Shown: positions 45,828 through 58,610, numbered from the whole stretch's first letter. The stretch is DNA of 63,793 bases, filler included, from Piptocephalis cylindrospora (GCA_003614145.1; 7 parts of 7 records of this genome joined end to end with filler, not necessarily neighbours in it); one strand, 5' to 3'. Made by a program: numbers and translations. Notes: generated by a model from the sequence alone, not told the origin.

Positions 45828-46216
45828 AGGACAGATGCCCAGCAGAACAGGACAGGGCAGGGCAGGGCAGGGAGGGAGGGTACTGAGGATGAGGGACACT
45901 CCTCTGGGACAGGAGGGACTCATCTCTCTCTAATGTGAGTAGATGGGGATGAGTGTATAGAGGGAGGGGGGAGAGGGCCCGCTCCAATTGATACTGGCCG
46001 GGGGAGAGGGAGGGGGAGGGGGGGGGGGGGAGGGTCGGAGGTTCGCGTGATAGGCTGCTCCCGCCCGACCCGGGCCATGACCAAGACGAGGACCAGGAGG
46101 ACCCTCGCTTCATTGTAACCCCGTCTATGCAGGGTCATAGAGAGAGAGAGGGAGAGCAATGTGGGAGAACAGGACAGATGCCCAGCAGAACAGGACAGGG
46201 CAGGGCAGGGCAGGGA
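45828..46216 (+). repeat. 46-bp direct repeat pair (45828-45873 and 46171-46216)
   Basis: AGGACAGATGCCCAGCAGAACAGGACAGGGCAGGGCAGGGCAGGGA occurs twice. Confidence 0.9.
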
Positions 46217-46442
46217 AACCGCGTATAGGGGAATACCCATCTCCGGTGTGCGTGTGTGAGTGAATGAGAAAGAGACGGGGAAGAGAGGAGGGTTGTACAG
46301 GGAAGAGTCTATCCCTGAAGGGAGGCGATCAATAAGGCCGCTGTGGTTGGTTCAGACAGGCTCCGCCCCCCTTCGACCCTTGACTCTAGTATTATATCAT
46401 GAGGAGGGGGAAAAGGGGAGAGGCTCTCTAGGAGAGATAACA

Positions 46443-46503
46443 CACATTGACACATTGACACATTGACACATTGACACATTGACATATTGACACACATTGA
46501 CAC
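46443..46503 (+). repeat. (CACATTGA)n minisatellite, about 7 units
   Basis: Read directly from the sequence. Confidence 0.9.
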
Positions 46504-47387
46504 ACTCACACATCTATATACACACACAATGTCAGTAGTATCAAACCCAGGGCTGTAATTACATTTATACACACACACACACACGACTGGCCTTGAGGCT
46601 GAACCAGCCAAGGAGGGTCGGAGAGGACACGAGCTGACGGACTGGGCCTTTTTTCATCAGGGGCTGGGAGACCCTTTTGGAAAGAACAATATACTGCGGC
46701 TGCTGCGATGGACCCGTCCGCCCAAGGAAAGGGAGGGAACGGGAGATGGGGAGAAAGGCCTCTCCCCCACCCTGGGTCGAGTCCAAGGGATATCTCATAT
46801 GAACTATCGGTAGGAGAGGGGACAGGAAGCGGATGGATGCAAGGACAGTGTGGAACCCGAGATAACACCGTGTCCTTTCATCGTGCATGCGCTAGGCCGA
46901 GCGAGTGTGCTCTATGTAGGGGAGATGGGATGGCTGTGGACAAGGGAGAGGGGAGAGGGCGTCGTTCGAAATAAGGAAAAACAAAACAAAAAAGACGCCT
47001 TGTCGCCTGCAAGGAAGGACAGGTCGTTGCATGTGATGGTGTACAAAGGGGAATAGACAAGAGGGCTGGGCGGAGTCTTGCTGAGCCAATCCAGGAGAGG
47101 GCAAGATGTCATTTCACCCTTTTGGGTCTTGTAAATGAAACGGGTGATCCGTGGCGCCGTTTCATGGGAGAAAAGGGGGAGGGAGGCGCCTTTCAGCCCC
47201 GTGTCTCGTATAGAACCAGCGCTCCTGTAACACGATCCCTCATCCAGACGATAGGATGGGCCGGGGTAAATGAATGATTCATCCCTCTCACGCGCTGCAC
47301 CAAGAAGAGCGAGACAGGGTGTGTCCATTCAAAAAGGAAAGGGTACATGGTTCCCAAACCCCATTTCAGCATTAGCATCCTGCATAC

Positions 47388-48280
47388 TCAAAGCATCTTT
47401 TGTTTTTGGAAAAAGGCGACATACTGCCATCCCCGATGTCTCCCGGTCCATGGGGAGTGGCCAAGCCCAATGGACTCCCACGCCTCTCGATCCGTCTCTG
47501 CATCCCAGCCGCCCGAGGTAGTGGATCCCTTTGGGAGCACCAAATCCAAAAATCCTTGCAGCAGGGCCCCTTCCAGCTGGGCTTCCAAAGACACCGAGGG
47601 TAGATATTCCACCTGGAGGAGCATGAATGAATCGGGTATGAGTCTGCATGGAACACCCCTACACCATCCCCCCCTTTCCCCGATTCACCCACCACCATGA
47701 TGATCCCTTTGGAGGCTGTGCCCACCGAGGCGCTTCCTACCCGGAGGATAAAGTCCCCAATAGAATAGGACCATCCCTACAGACAAGGGAAAGAGGGGGT
47801 CAGATCGTCTCATTCATCTCCATTCCTCTCATTCCTCTCCACTCCTCTCATCCATCTCCACTCCTCTCATCCCCTTACCTCCACCGAGGCGCTCTGACGA
47901 ACAGTCCAGAGGGAACGAAGCCGGTGCACTACGCCCTCCAGCTCCCGATTCCCCTCCACAACCCCATCTCTTCCCACTAGCCACACTCGCCCCGTCCCCT
48001 CCGTACTCGTCACCACATAAAGCGGCCCCATGGACCCGGACCCTGACCCTGCCTTAGCCGGATGATACACCCGACAAGCCAGCTGCCACCGTCCCAGGCT
48101 ATTGGCCCCGACATCCCTTTCCAAGTGATTCCGCAGTCGTTCCAACGACGGGGTCACTTGATCGGTACTTGTCCAGCGAACGATTCTACCAACAAGGGGG
48201 GGGAGAGGTCACGGTCAGTGGCTGTGAGGACGAGTAAGACGGGGAGATGCACCATCAACCTCGTACGTAGAGATGCCCAT
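47388..48280 (-). CDS. MED20: Mediator head subunit Med20 (Srb2), 4 exons
   Basis: Spliced product MGISTIVRWTS...LRSLWTVRQSASVE|GWSYSIGDFILRVG...KGIIMV|VEYLP...GWQYVAFF matches the Med20 pattern LW..RQ...VEG..Y..GDF..R.G...KG...EVEY.P. Introns 48266-48186 and 47878-47777, plus a third near 47690-47613. Confidence 0.85.
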
Positions 48281-48480
48281 GACAAGGTACTGAAAGTGGT
48301 GTGAGGATAAACACAACAAAGGAAAAGAGGATGGAGATGCCAGAGCACCAGAATCCCCATTGTGCACCATGATCATCCCACACATGAGCCATCAAGATCA
48401 CACAACCCCAGTCGGCCGATCCAATCCATGGCGCTGCAAAGTCATCCCTTTGTGTATTATCAGCCACTCTTCTCCCCCCT

Positions 48481-49899
48481 TTAAAGGGCTAATTGAGGGT
48501 AAACATTGGTAAAAACCAACTCCTCCACCTCGAGTTTTGCCTCGGAAAAAACATCCGGACTTCGATCTCCCGCCTTCATCCGACGCATGACCAAATCCCG
48601 AGTCCGTTGTGACACATTGACCTCAAAAGGCGCATCGACCCAGATAAAGTTCTCGCACACCACTTGACACAGGTCCTCCCCCTCACTCATCACTCCTTGC
48701 TTCCTCTCCCGATACAGCGTCTCGAGCTGATGCAGTGCACGGAGGAAAAAGGTCGTTTCCGCTGCAAAATTCGCTGCCGCTGCCGCTTCCAGCTTCTCAA
48801 ACGTCGGCTCGTGCGCTAAAGCCATGTAAAACTCCTCGCGGGAACTCTTTCCGTGCGCCGACTCCAGGGTAAGCATCGAGCTCCGCGCTGAAAACGTATT
48901 GAGCGCAAGACCCGAGTCGTCCCTCGTCCTAGACGCTCCCTTGCCCCCCTCCTGCCTCTTGCCCTTTTGCTTCTTCCTGGCAATGATCACGCCCCGTCTC
49001 CTGGGATCCCGGGAGAGCCGTCGTTGCTTCATCCACGAACACACTGCGGGTTGTGCCACCGAGGTGTAGTGTCCAATCAACTGCACAAATAGCACGAATT
49101 CCAGAGGTCCAAAGTACCGGTATATCGCCGGAGGTGGCCAGAGCGTGAAGATGAGAAAGAGCGTGTAGAGGACGGCCGCACACCCAGCCGTCACCAAGAG
49201 ATCCCGTCGGATCCCCAGATCATCCGCGTTCGATCGCGTCAGTCGCCACACCACATACGGCGCCACCACAAAGATCGCCAAAAGGAGCGATGCATAGAGT
49301 GGGTAGTAGATCCAAGGGGCAGGGCATCTCTGGGGCGGGCTGGTCAGGTAAAAGGCCGGCTGATCATCCAGTACCTGGATCGGGATAAGGAGGCCCAGGT
49401 AAAATGCCGATACGACCCCGCATGTCATCAGGAGTCGGTTCTCCGTCATATGGCGTCTGCTCATCATCCACCGCCCTGACATCGGATCACTAGGCTTACC
49501 CCCCAGATAGTCCGTTAGTTGTCGTATCGTCATTTGCTTCTGAATCGCCGACAGCACCACGAGTCTCCACGCCCGAAGCAGGAACGCGCTGACCCACAGA
49601 GGCGTCGTGATGTACCCTGCCCAAAGGCATAGGAAGCACGGGATTAATCTGGCCGAGGAAAGTAACCAAATGGGGCAACAGATGATTGTGCTTGCTGCCG
49701 CCATCAGCGTCAGGCTGGCTGATCTCTGCTGCAATTGCACATCCTTTCTAAGCTGATACATAAACAGTGCCGTCGAGGGAAGCAGGAACACCAGGCTCAA
49801 TACCAGCACGACACATACTTGCGGGATAATCGGATATCCTTCGAGCCAACTGGGTAAATCGGATGGGGCCAGCACCGCCACAGAGGCGTTGTCGGACAT
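48481..49899 (-). CDS. 7TM-RGS protein (GPCR-like seven-TM domain fused to a C-terminal RGS domain)
   Basis: Seven hydrophobic segments (QQRS..LT, IPCFLCLW, DDLGIRRDL) followed by RGS motifs NFAAETTFFL, ENFIWVDAPFEVNVS, FSEAKLEVEELVFTNVYP. Confidence 0.88.
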   Translation of the reverse strand: MSDNASVAVLAPSDLPSWLEGYPIIPQVCVVLVLSLVFLLPSTALFMYQLRKDVQLQQRSASLTLMAAASTIICCPIWLLSSARLIPCFLCLWAGYITTPLWVSAFLLRAWRLVVLSAIQKQMTIRQLTDYLGGKPSDPMSGRWMMSRRHMTENRLLMTCGVVSAFYLGLLIPIQVLDDQPAFYLTSPPQRCPAPWIYYPLYASLLLAIFVVAPYVVWRLTRSNADDLGIRRDLLVTAGCAAVLYTLFLIFTLWPPPAIYRYFGPLEFVLFVQLIGHYTSVAQPAVCSWMKQRRLSRDPRRRGVIIARKKQKGKRQEGGKGASRTRDDSGLALNTFSARSSMLTLESAHGKSSREEFYMALAHEPTFEKLEAAAAANFAAETTFFLRALHQLETLYRERKQGVMSEGEDLCQVVCENFIWVDAPFEVNVSQRTRDLVMRRMKAGDRSPDVFSEAKLEVEELVFTNVYPQLAL

Positions 49900-51538
49900 T
49901 GGGCGAGTGGTTGAACGGAGCCGAGAAAGAGGAAAAAGAAGGAAAAAGAGAGGAGAGAAAAGGTTGGAGCTTGACCGGCAAGACCTAGAGTCGGTAAAGA
50001 GGGAGTCCACGGAGAGGAGTGGGAGGCAAGTAGAAAAGAGAAGCGAGGTGAGGTGAGGTGAGGTAAGGCGGGGCGAGGCAGGTGAGTGGAGGGAGGGACG
50101 GTTAGAAAAGGAGAGGGAGGGAGGGGAGAAGAGAGAGGATGAATAAGTGGATGAAGAAGCAAGGAGACCAGTCCTTCCTCCATGGACCGTTCCTCGTGTC
50201 CTGCCAAGGCTTAGAGTGGCACAGAAGATCCCATCCCACTCCGACCCATTCCCTTCTTCAATTAGGAATGATCCCAGTCAAGGCCCCATTATATTGGTGC
50301 GGACATTGATCCAGCTATTCTACAGACGCTACTGAATCTGCAGTCGTCTGGTAACAAGGGCAGGTACTTGACTCTCCACTCACCTACACAACGTACGGTG
50401 CAATGCTCTCTAAATGCTCACTGAGAATGTATAAATTACTCACTCATCAAAATGCCCTTTAAATTACCTGTGTCACTCTAGACATCTCTCCTCGATCTGA
50501 CCCCTAGAGGGTCATCAAGCATGGTGGATTTGGCAAAGTGCTCTGTCCAACTCCGACCCTTACTCATTTCCCGCCCACTGAGCCCCCTTACAGCAGGGTC
50601 TTCCTGGGCTATGTGACACTTACACTCCCAGACCCTGTCTTCCTCTCTGTGTGTGTGGGAGAGTCTGAGTGGCGAGGTCCATAATGTCAGGTTCGCGAGA
50701 GGAGGCCATTTGAAACGGCCGAGACCTTCCTCCCATCCATCTGCATGGGAGCGCGTCCTGTCTGTCCCGATGCGACATGATGGATATGGATAGCATGGAA
50801 TCGAATGGAGTTACGGTTGGCCACTCAAGTCGAAACTCCGTACAAAGAAATACGGAGTGGATGAAGGAACAAGAGACAAGCAAGACAGAGTCTATGCTAA
50901 TTAGGCGTCTGATGGATGATGCCATTTTGTACGAGGGGTCAGACATGGGCCATCATCCCATCATCAACCAGAACAGACTAGACTAGAAAAGGACCAATCC
51001 TTAATCGATGTAAAATAAATATTCCATTTAAAAGCGTAAACAATTTTTTTTAATTCCACGGAACTAGCGATCCAGCTCTTATAGCACCTCCGATACCATT
51101 ACAAAGTATCTCCATCGTACCAGGGGATTAAGAAACGGGGGACCATGGCATCATTCTGCCATTCTGAGCATCCGGGCTGATCCAAAACGCAATGCTCTCC
51201 ATCCATCCATGCCCATCTCTTCCAAACTATGCCAAATCAATGCTGTGCAAGATTTCTCCTGGGTCCCAGCTTAGTACGGTGTTGTTTTAGCGCGCTAAAG
51301 GAATTTGTTTCCCGCGAAAGACCGCCCTGTTTAAGAGCCAGCAAATCTGAGGTGCATCCCTTGCCCTAATCGCTCTTCCCACCTCCCTAGTCTCTTCCCA
51401 GTCTCCTCACTCTCCTCTCCTCCGCTTTTCCTTTTCCTCCTTCCTTGCCATCCTCCTCTCCCTCCTTCCTTGCCATCCTCCTCTCCCTCCTTCCCTGTTA
51501 TCCTCCTCTCCCATCCTCCCCCCCTTCATATATCAAGT

Positions 51539-52341
51539 ATGAAAGTCTCAAGGTGTAGTGGGCCGCTTGGACGCGCCCTCCTCCTCCTTCCCCTTCTCCT
51601 TCTCCTCCTCCTTCCCCTTACCGCAAAGGCAATGTCCCTAAAGAAAAGACGAGATTTACGAGAAAAGACCAAGGAAATGTTCTTTCATGGGTTCAACGGC
51701 TACATGACTCATGCCTTCCCCAGCGATGAGGTAGGTCTTGAAGGGTGAATGCGTTGGAACTATCGCCAAGCCCATCGGTATCTCACTCATGCCCCATCGA
51801 TCCAGCTGGGCCCAATTTCGTGTACAGGGGTTGGAAGGGACAAGGACAATCCGTAAGTTGGATTCTTGAGTTGCTGACCTGACTCAATCCAACTGACCTC
51901 CCCATCGGACATGTAGATTCGACTATGGACGAAATGATGTTATGGGCGATTATCTCTTGACTTTGGTTGATTCAATGGATGCTGTCGCGGTAAGACCAAA
52001 GAAGAGAGAGGCAAAGAAACCCGTTCATAAAAGCACCTCACATTCATCCTTTATGTTCTGGATAATAAGATTATCGCTGGAAAGGACTTGTTTGCAAAAA
52101 CTGTCCAGGCTGTCATTAAGAATCTCGATCTGGACAAGGATAATCAGGTTCAGGTCTTTGAATGTAGCATCCGCATCCTAGGAGGGCTTCTCTCTGCCCA
52201 TATCCTTGCTACCGACGATCGCTTCGGCTTTGTTCATGACGAATACAATGGCGAGCTCCTCGTTCTTGCCAAGGATCTGGGTGACCGACTCTTAAAGGCC
52301 TTTGTCAATGAAAAAACCGATATTCCCTTCTCCAGGGTAGG

Positions 52342-52376
<35 letters not shown>

Positions 52377-53839
52377 CCCCCTCTCCCTTATTAACGGCTC
52401 CTAAACTACATACTAGGTCAACCTACGCTCTGGACCACCCAAAACCCAAAGTGTTGAATCTTGCTCGGCCGGCGCCGGGACCTTGCTTTTAGAATTCGGT
52501 ACTCTCAGTCGTCTCACAGGGGATCCTCGTTATGAGGTAGGCTCTTTCTTCAGGCTATCTGACAGCGGGGCCCTTGAAGGTCGTATGGCCCCCAAATCAC
52601 TCACATTTCCCTCTGCACACAGGACGCTGCCAAGAAGGCCATGCTCGCGATCTGGGAGCGTCGTTCTCACATTAATCTTGTGGGCAATGGCATTAATGTC
52701 GTCTCTGGAAAGGTGCATGCTTTTGTACATCATCTCTCCTCCGTTCATCTTTCCACGAACATCTCACGCCCCCTCCCGTATCACCATCTAGTGGTTCAAT
52801 TCCCCTACAGGTGTTGGAGCAGGCATCGACTCGTTTTTCGAGTACTTACTCAAATCCGCTATTCTTTTCAATGATAATTATTATCTCACCGTATTTGATC
52901 AGGCCTACAGAGCCGTCTTACAACGAGTCCGGGATAACACTGGTTACTTTTACCTCAATGTGGATATGATCACTGGCAAGATCTGGGCCCCTTGGATTGA
53001 CTCCCTGAGTGCCTTTTTCCCTGGCCTTCAGGTACGGATATACCATGTGGAGGTACATTCATAAATCTCTCTAACCTTCTAGGTCCCTTTAGGTCCTAGC
53101 CGGCGATTTGGAATCTGCTATCCGTGGTCATCTAGTATTTCAGAACGTCTGGTTCAAGTATGGAGGCCTTCCAGAACGGTACAACTTTCACCAGCAGACC
53201 CCGGAGCTCTCCGCTTATCCTCTAAGGCCCGAACACGCTGAATCCACCTATCACCTTTACCAGGCCACCAAGGACCCCATGTACCTAGAAATGGGCGAAA
53301 AAATGCTCACTGATATTGATCAGCGTACCAGAACCCAGTGCGGCTTCGCTTCCCTCACTAACATTATCACTGGAAAACTGGAGGATCGTCAAGAGAGCTT
53401 TTTTCTCTCCGAGACCCTGAAATACCTCTACCTCCTTTTTGATATTGAGAATCCTCTCAATTCCATGGACGGTAACTTTGTCTTTACCACCGGTAGGTTT
53501 TGTACTTGTTATTACATCGCCTCCCATCCTCTTATTCTGACAACCTCCCTACCATTAGAGGCTCATATCATGGCCCTACCCCGGCACCTAGTTCTCAACT
53601 CCACTCAAACTCCCCTTGCTGCCCATATTCCACGGGGATGTCCCAAGTATGTTCCAGGAAAGCTCATGGGAATAAGATCCCGGGAGGATACTGACTGGGT
53701 CAGGGCCGTGGTCAATTATCAACCTAAAGATGCCGAGGAAAGGCGTCTTCTCCAGTGGAATGCCCACTTAATGTGCATAGAGCCCAAAGCCCTTGTGGCC
53801 AAGGAAAAGAAGCGCTTATCCTCCTTGAAAAAGACCTGA
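51539..53839 (+). CDS. ER degradation-enhancing alpha-1,2-mannosidase (GH47, EDEM/Htm1/Mnl1-like), multi-exon
   Basis: Signal peptide, then [108 protein letters not shown]. Confidence 0.95.
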
Positions 53840-54053
53840 GTGGCTCAGAGTACCGTGCACATCTATCATGTGGATTATGGGACGGGCCTTCCTCCCAACT
53901 TCTAGAGCGATTCGTGGTCATAGGAGAGGGTGGCTCAAGGCAATATAGACATGTCTCCTCTATCAATGGTTCAGTAAAAACCTCATTACAAAAGAAAAGA
54001 GGCGGGGGTAGTCACTGGAAGATAATGTGGTATTGCATGATGAAAAGCGCTTC

Positions 54054-54701
54054 CTACCCATCCACTTCCATCTCCTCTCCACCGCCACTACTTCTGACAC
54101 CTCCTCTAGTTCCTGTAGAAGCCTTTTCCTGCCCAGGTAAGTCCTTTTCCGACCATAACGATACTCCAAGCTGCCCATGCTCCAGGGGCTGTGCCATTGT
54201 TCGAAGAAATTTGCGGGATACGGCAGCCGCCATGTCCGTTGAAAGGTTCAAAGTTTCCTCGGCAATGTACTCTTGAATCCACTTGGGAAGCTTGGCGCGT
54301 TTATCATTCCGCGCATACCGTTTATCCGCAAAGATCATAAGTCCATAATCTGTCTTCCCGCGTAATACCCGACCAACGCACTGGGCTGCATGCCTCATGG
54401 CATCGAAGGTGAGGAAGTCATTTTCGCGAATCTGATAGTTGGACCGGAGGTACTCGAGTCTTGCCTTAAGGATCCGACTTTCTGTGTACTGATACGGAAT
54501 CCCGAACATCAAAACAGCTCTGCCGTAATTATGGTCAAAATCAATGCCCTCTGACACCTTTCCCCGAGCCACGGAGAGGAGCACAGCCCCGCGACCATTA
54601 TCGCACGCTACGCGGTAATGCTCCAGGGCTAGACTAGTCTCTGCCGCATCTGGCGTTTCCACAAAGATCAACTTATTTCTCCAGACCTCTTGAAGGATCC
54701 C
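54054..54701 (-). CDS. RAD3: TFIIH helicase XPD/Rad3, last exon (5'-truncated)
   Basis: [16 protein letters not shown]...[20 protein letters not shown]...[17 protein letters not shown]...[35 protein letters not shown]. Confidence 0.97.
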   Translation of the reverse strand, partial: GILQEVWRNKLIFVETPDAAETSLALEHYRVACDNGRGAVLLSVARGKVSEGIDFDHNYGRAVLMFGIPYQYTESRILKARLEYLRSNYQIRENDFLTFDAMRHAAQCVGRVLRGKTDYGLMIFADKRYARNDKRAKLPKWIQEYIAEETLNLSTDMAAAVSRKFLRTMAQPLEHGQLGVSLWSEKDLPGQEKASTGTRGGVRSSGGGEEMEVDG

Positions 54702-54848
54702 CTAAAAAGGAGNNNNNNNNNNNNNNNNNNNNNNNNNNNNNNNNNNNNNNNNNNNNTTAATTAATTAANNNNNNNNNNNNNNNNNNNNNNNNNNNNNNNN
54801 NNNNNNNNNNNNCATGATTCAAACTCATGAAGCTATCGACGGGGAAGA

Positions 54849-55394
54849 CTATAGGGGGGCGGGGGAGGGGGAAGGAGCCGGGGACTTCTCGGTGTAGTCA
54901 CCGATGGTGGCGGAGAGGGAACCGCCGGGGCAGGCAACGTTGGAGGCACCGGAGCCATCGGAACCAAAGTCCTGGGTGAGGCAGGGGATACCGGCGCTGG
55001 AGGAGGCGACACCGTAGCCAAAGGCCTCATACTTGGAGTTGAGGATGTTCTCCCGATGGCCGGCAGACTTCATCCAGGCGACCATGCAGGCGGCATCCGA
55101 GGGATAACCGTAGGCGACGTTCTCGGCACATGCGGTCCAGGAGAATCCGGCGGCCTTCATACGCTCTCCAGGGGAGGAGCCATCGCGGCCATCGTGGGTC
55201 ATCTTCTTCATGCTGGCCTGGTCCTGGGAGTGGGCGTAGGCGGCGTTGGAGAGCTTGGGGTCGTACTTGAGGTACTTGAGACCGAGAGCGGACCGGGCCT
55301 TGTTGACGAGGCACAGGGCATCGTAGATGTCAAAGGCGGAGACGGTGGTGGCGGCAAGAAGGCCAAGGGAAGCGAGAAGAAGAGTAGGCTTCAT
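54849..55394 (-). CDS. Secreted CAP/SCP (PR-1 superfamily) protein, bacterial YkwD-like subtype
   Basis: Signal peptide, LVNKARSALGL..L..D.KL..AA..HS.D, MTHDG.DGSSPGER, AENVAYG, WMKSAGHRENIL, TQDFG, and a Pro-rich tail. Confidence 0.93.
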   Translation of the reverse strand: MKPTLLLASLGLLAATTVSAFDIYDALCLVNKARSALGLKYLKYDPKLSNAAYAHSQDQASMKKMTHDGRDGSSPGERMKAAGFSWTACAENVAYGYPSDAACMVAWMKSAGHRENILNSKYEAFGYGVASSSAGIPCLTQDFGSDGSGASNVACPGGSLSATIGDYTEKSPAPSPSPAPL

Positions 55395-58300
55395 AGTAGT
55401 AGCAGATGCAATAAGGGGGGTTTGGGGGCTGGGGGGTACGAAGCTCTAGGGCAAAAAAGAAGTTGTGCGCGCTGCGACAGAACAAGTAGAGAAGTAGATG
55501 GACGAGGGGGTTGGGGTAGGGGGGCTTCTGTGTGTTTGAGTGGGCAAGGGAGCTACTTGGGTAGGGCAAACGATTAGGGAGGCCTGGGTGACTAGTGGGG
55601 GGAGATTGAGGGTCTGGTTGGGGTTGGGGTTTTTGTGGTGGGGACTGTGATGGGGGAGGGAGAGGGAGGGAGGGAGAAGGAGAAAGAGGAGGAAAGGATG
55701 AGCTGGATGGACCTAGACTCCATCACCATGGAGAACATACAATAACTTACCAGAGAGGGTACGAGTAGAGGATACGAGAGGAGGGGGGGAGAATAGGTGG
55801 TGAGGGGGTAGAGGAGGAGGAAGGAGGAAGAGGGCAAAAGGGAGGGAGGGGCGGTGAGGATGGGCTCCTAATAAAGGTTCTGCTGGGGCTGGTGGGAGGG
55901 GTGTAGGGTGCGTAGGGCCTGGAGAGGGAGATAGGGAGCGAAAGGGATGCAGGGTGCTGAGAATGAAGCGTGGGGCAAGGTGCTCTCTCTCTCCCTCTCT
56001 CTCTCTCTCTCATTCCATAGTGTGTATGTGTGTGTGTGAGGGGAAAGGAAGGAGAGATGTGCTACTGCGTAGGATGGGATGGAATCTACCCGTAGTCCAC
56101 TAGGATGTCGTCCTCCCTGGCCATGACCATCCAAAGCGACCCAGTTCAATCCCCGACCCCTTGACTGAAGGGTGTATATGCGTGCAAAGACGGCCTGTCA
56201 AAGAGGCTTTTAGACAGAGGATGGAAGGTGATTGGTGTGTCGGAGTCTAGGGAGTGGGAAGGGGGGGAGGAGTTTGAAAGGGGCTCTATGTGTGTGTGTG
56301 TGCCTATGTGTGTGTGTGTAAATGAGTGAGACTCTCTCCGCTTGAGGGAGATAGAGCACGGGATTCGGTTCTACTCTCCGACCAATACCTCCCTTCTTCG
56401 TATATCCAATGGACGGATCACACAGGTCCCAGACTGGTTGAGGGGTGGTCGATGGGTGGGAAGCGGTCCTTTTTTTCTCTCTCTGTATCTCTATCTCTCT
56501 TGCTTTGTCGGAGATGGAAGAGGATGGATTCTGAATGGTACATCCATCCGAGACTTGGGATGAGTGAGAGAAAGGGGGCGGGGGACGGGATGCAAAGACG
56601 ACGATGGTATTATCTCATCTTCATCCCTATCCCTTTTGTCCCCAGATGGATGAGGAAAGGTCTCCTCATCCTGTAGTCCGTAGTGGTGCAGTGCATCGGG
56701 CATCCCCCTTTAGGATTGGCTCCTTGGCGCAATGGAAGATCTGGTGCGTCGCTGTAGAGATAAATGCACGTTGACTGATCCAGTGTCTCGTTGAGCAAGA
56801 GAATCGGCTGGAAAGTAGAGGCGGGGGAAGAGCCTCTCTTGTCTCCTGGCCTCAAACACAACAAGGTGAATGTGTCAAGGACCTTTTACCAACGGCCACA
56901 ATGAAAGACGATGAGCAGTAGTTTTCAAGGACCATCAGAACACATGAGAGTTCCCAGCCCCATCACCCCTCCCTTGACTGAGCATGGAAGGGGCCATGAT
57001 GAGGATGGCCCATATTGGTCTTGGCTAGCCGTGGTCTGTAGGATGGGTCCTGCTAGGACCTTGAAGGGATGGGACGCATCATCCCCCCTTCCCACCGTAC
57101 ACCCTGACATGCACTGATCGTTTGATTGCCCCCCCTCTCCCCCCCTGACACGGGGTTTGACCGGGACGGGTTTGAGTGGATGGTCGACCAGGATAGGCCT
57201 GAATAGATGATCAACCAGACCAATTCATCCTCTCCTGAATGATATACCACTGTATTGCCTTGTCTGACGGGGAGAGGTTGGATCATCAGCGAATCCAATG
57301 CAGGTCCCCTCCCCCCTCCCCCTCGTTGAACGGCCACACTGTATCTCTCTAGCCAGGTACGTTGATGTCAAGTCATAGGACGACGCCCCTTGGCCTTCCA
57401 GACCGGCCATGTACAGTCCCTCAAGCCATCATGTAGAGGCTGGGAATCCGATGAAAGACACTCTTCTCCTGATGAGAGTAGATACGGTTGTTGTTACCCT
57501 TCTGCATGGCTCATGGCTTGCCTGCAGCATGCATGCATGCATGCACACACGGAGAACGGGGAGCGAGGGAAATGTCATTGCATCTTATTTTTGGACAGTT
57601 CAAGGGGAGCGGGTGCGTCAACCCCCCTCCCCCCTTTGTCACCCTCCAAGATCGGTCTCCTCTTTTTCCCTTCATACGCTCTTCATAGGAGAGGATGGAT
57701 TCAGCCGCCGACCCGCGCTTGCTCATCCTTGGCTGCGCTAAGAAAAGGAAGGTTCATCCAGGAATACACGGAGCGGAAATTGTTTGCCAAGCTCCAATCA
57801 TCCGCATGGTCATACAATTCGGGCGTGGGGAGATTCTTGGCTTGAGGGAGGAGAGCACTTACCAATGGGTGGGGGCCATCCTCTTCTTCAGTCCTTGTCC
57901 ATGCCCTCCTCTCTCTCTCTCTCTCTCTCTCTCTTCGTTGTACATTCATCCTTCTACACACTTACATCTCTTTGTGCGCACTGCTAAATCCCTCGGGTTC
58001 CCCCGTGTAGAGAGACACGTGTGGATATAGAAAGGGTAAAAAGATGTCGAGTAAGGGAGAGAGAGAGAGGAGGGAAAAGTCATTGGTTCCCCCTCCCCTC
58101 CCCCTTGTACACAAATCTCCTCTCCTTCCCCTAGAGCGAACAGATGCCGCACCTGAATGGGCATGATCATGTCACCAATGGGCCCTTAGGGAGGAGGACG
58201 AGAGCCTAGTCAAATCTATCGAACAAAGCCAAGACACAAGCATGGGAAAAAAAGGGAAATGAGAGGACTGCATCTCTCCCCCACACAAAGCACGATGACC

Positions 58301-58610
58301 CGAGCATCATCGATCCTCTTTACATCATTGGTGTACACAAGAAGGAAAGATCGTTTGCACCAAGGAGGGTCCCCTATCTTGAGGGGAGGGGATTAGGGTT
58401 GTGAGAAGGGAATGACACGAGGGAAGGACATGCAGGTGTCCCTGTATCATGATGTCCTGAATGGTGTACGTCTCTGAGAGAGGGATGAGGAGGAGAGGGC
58501 GATGCCAAGCACCATGCACAAGAGGACTGGAAAAGACACCCTTTCTATTTCTCTCTCTTCGTACACACACCTCCCCCTCTCTTGCTGGGTTCATTCGCCC
58601 CTCCCCCCCT

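Noticed and set aside
47388..48280. MED13 and MED20, or GPCRs and 7TM-RGS, as functional gene clusters
   Set aside because: They lie on different contigs joined artificially.
55592..58170. Numerous short ORFs in intergenic low-complexity DNA
   Set aside because: Derived from GA/CT/CA microsatellites with no domain signal or coherent splice model.
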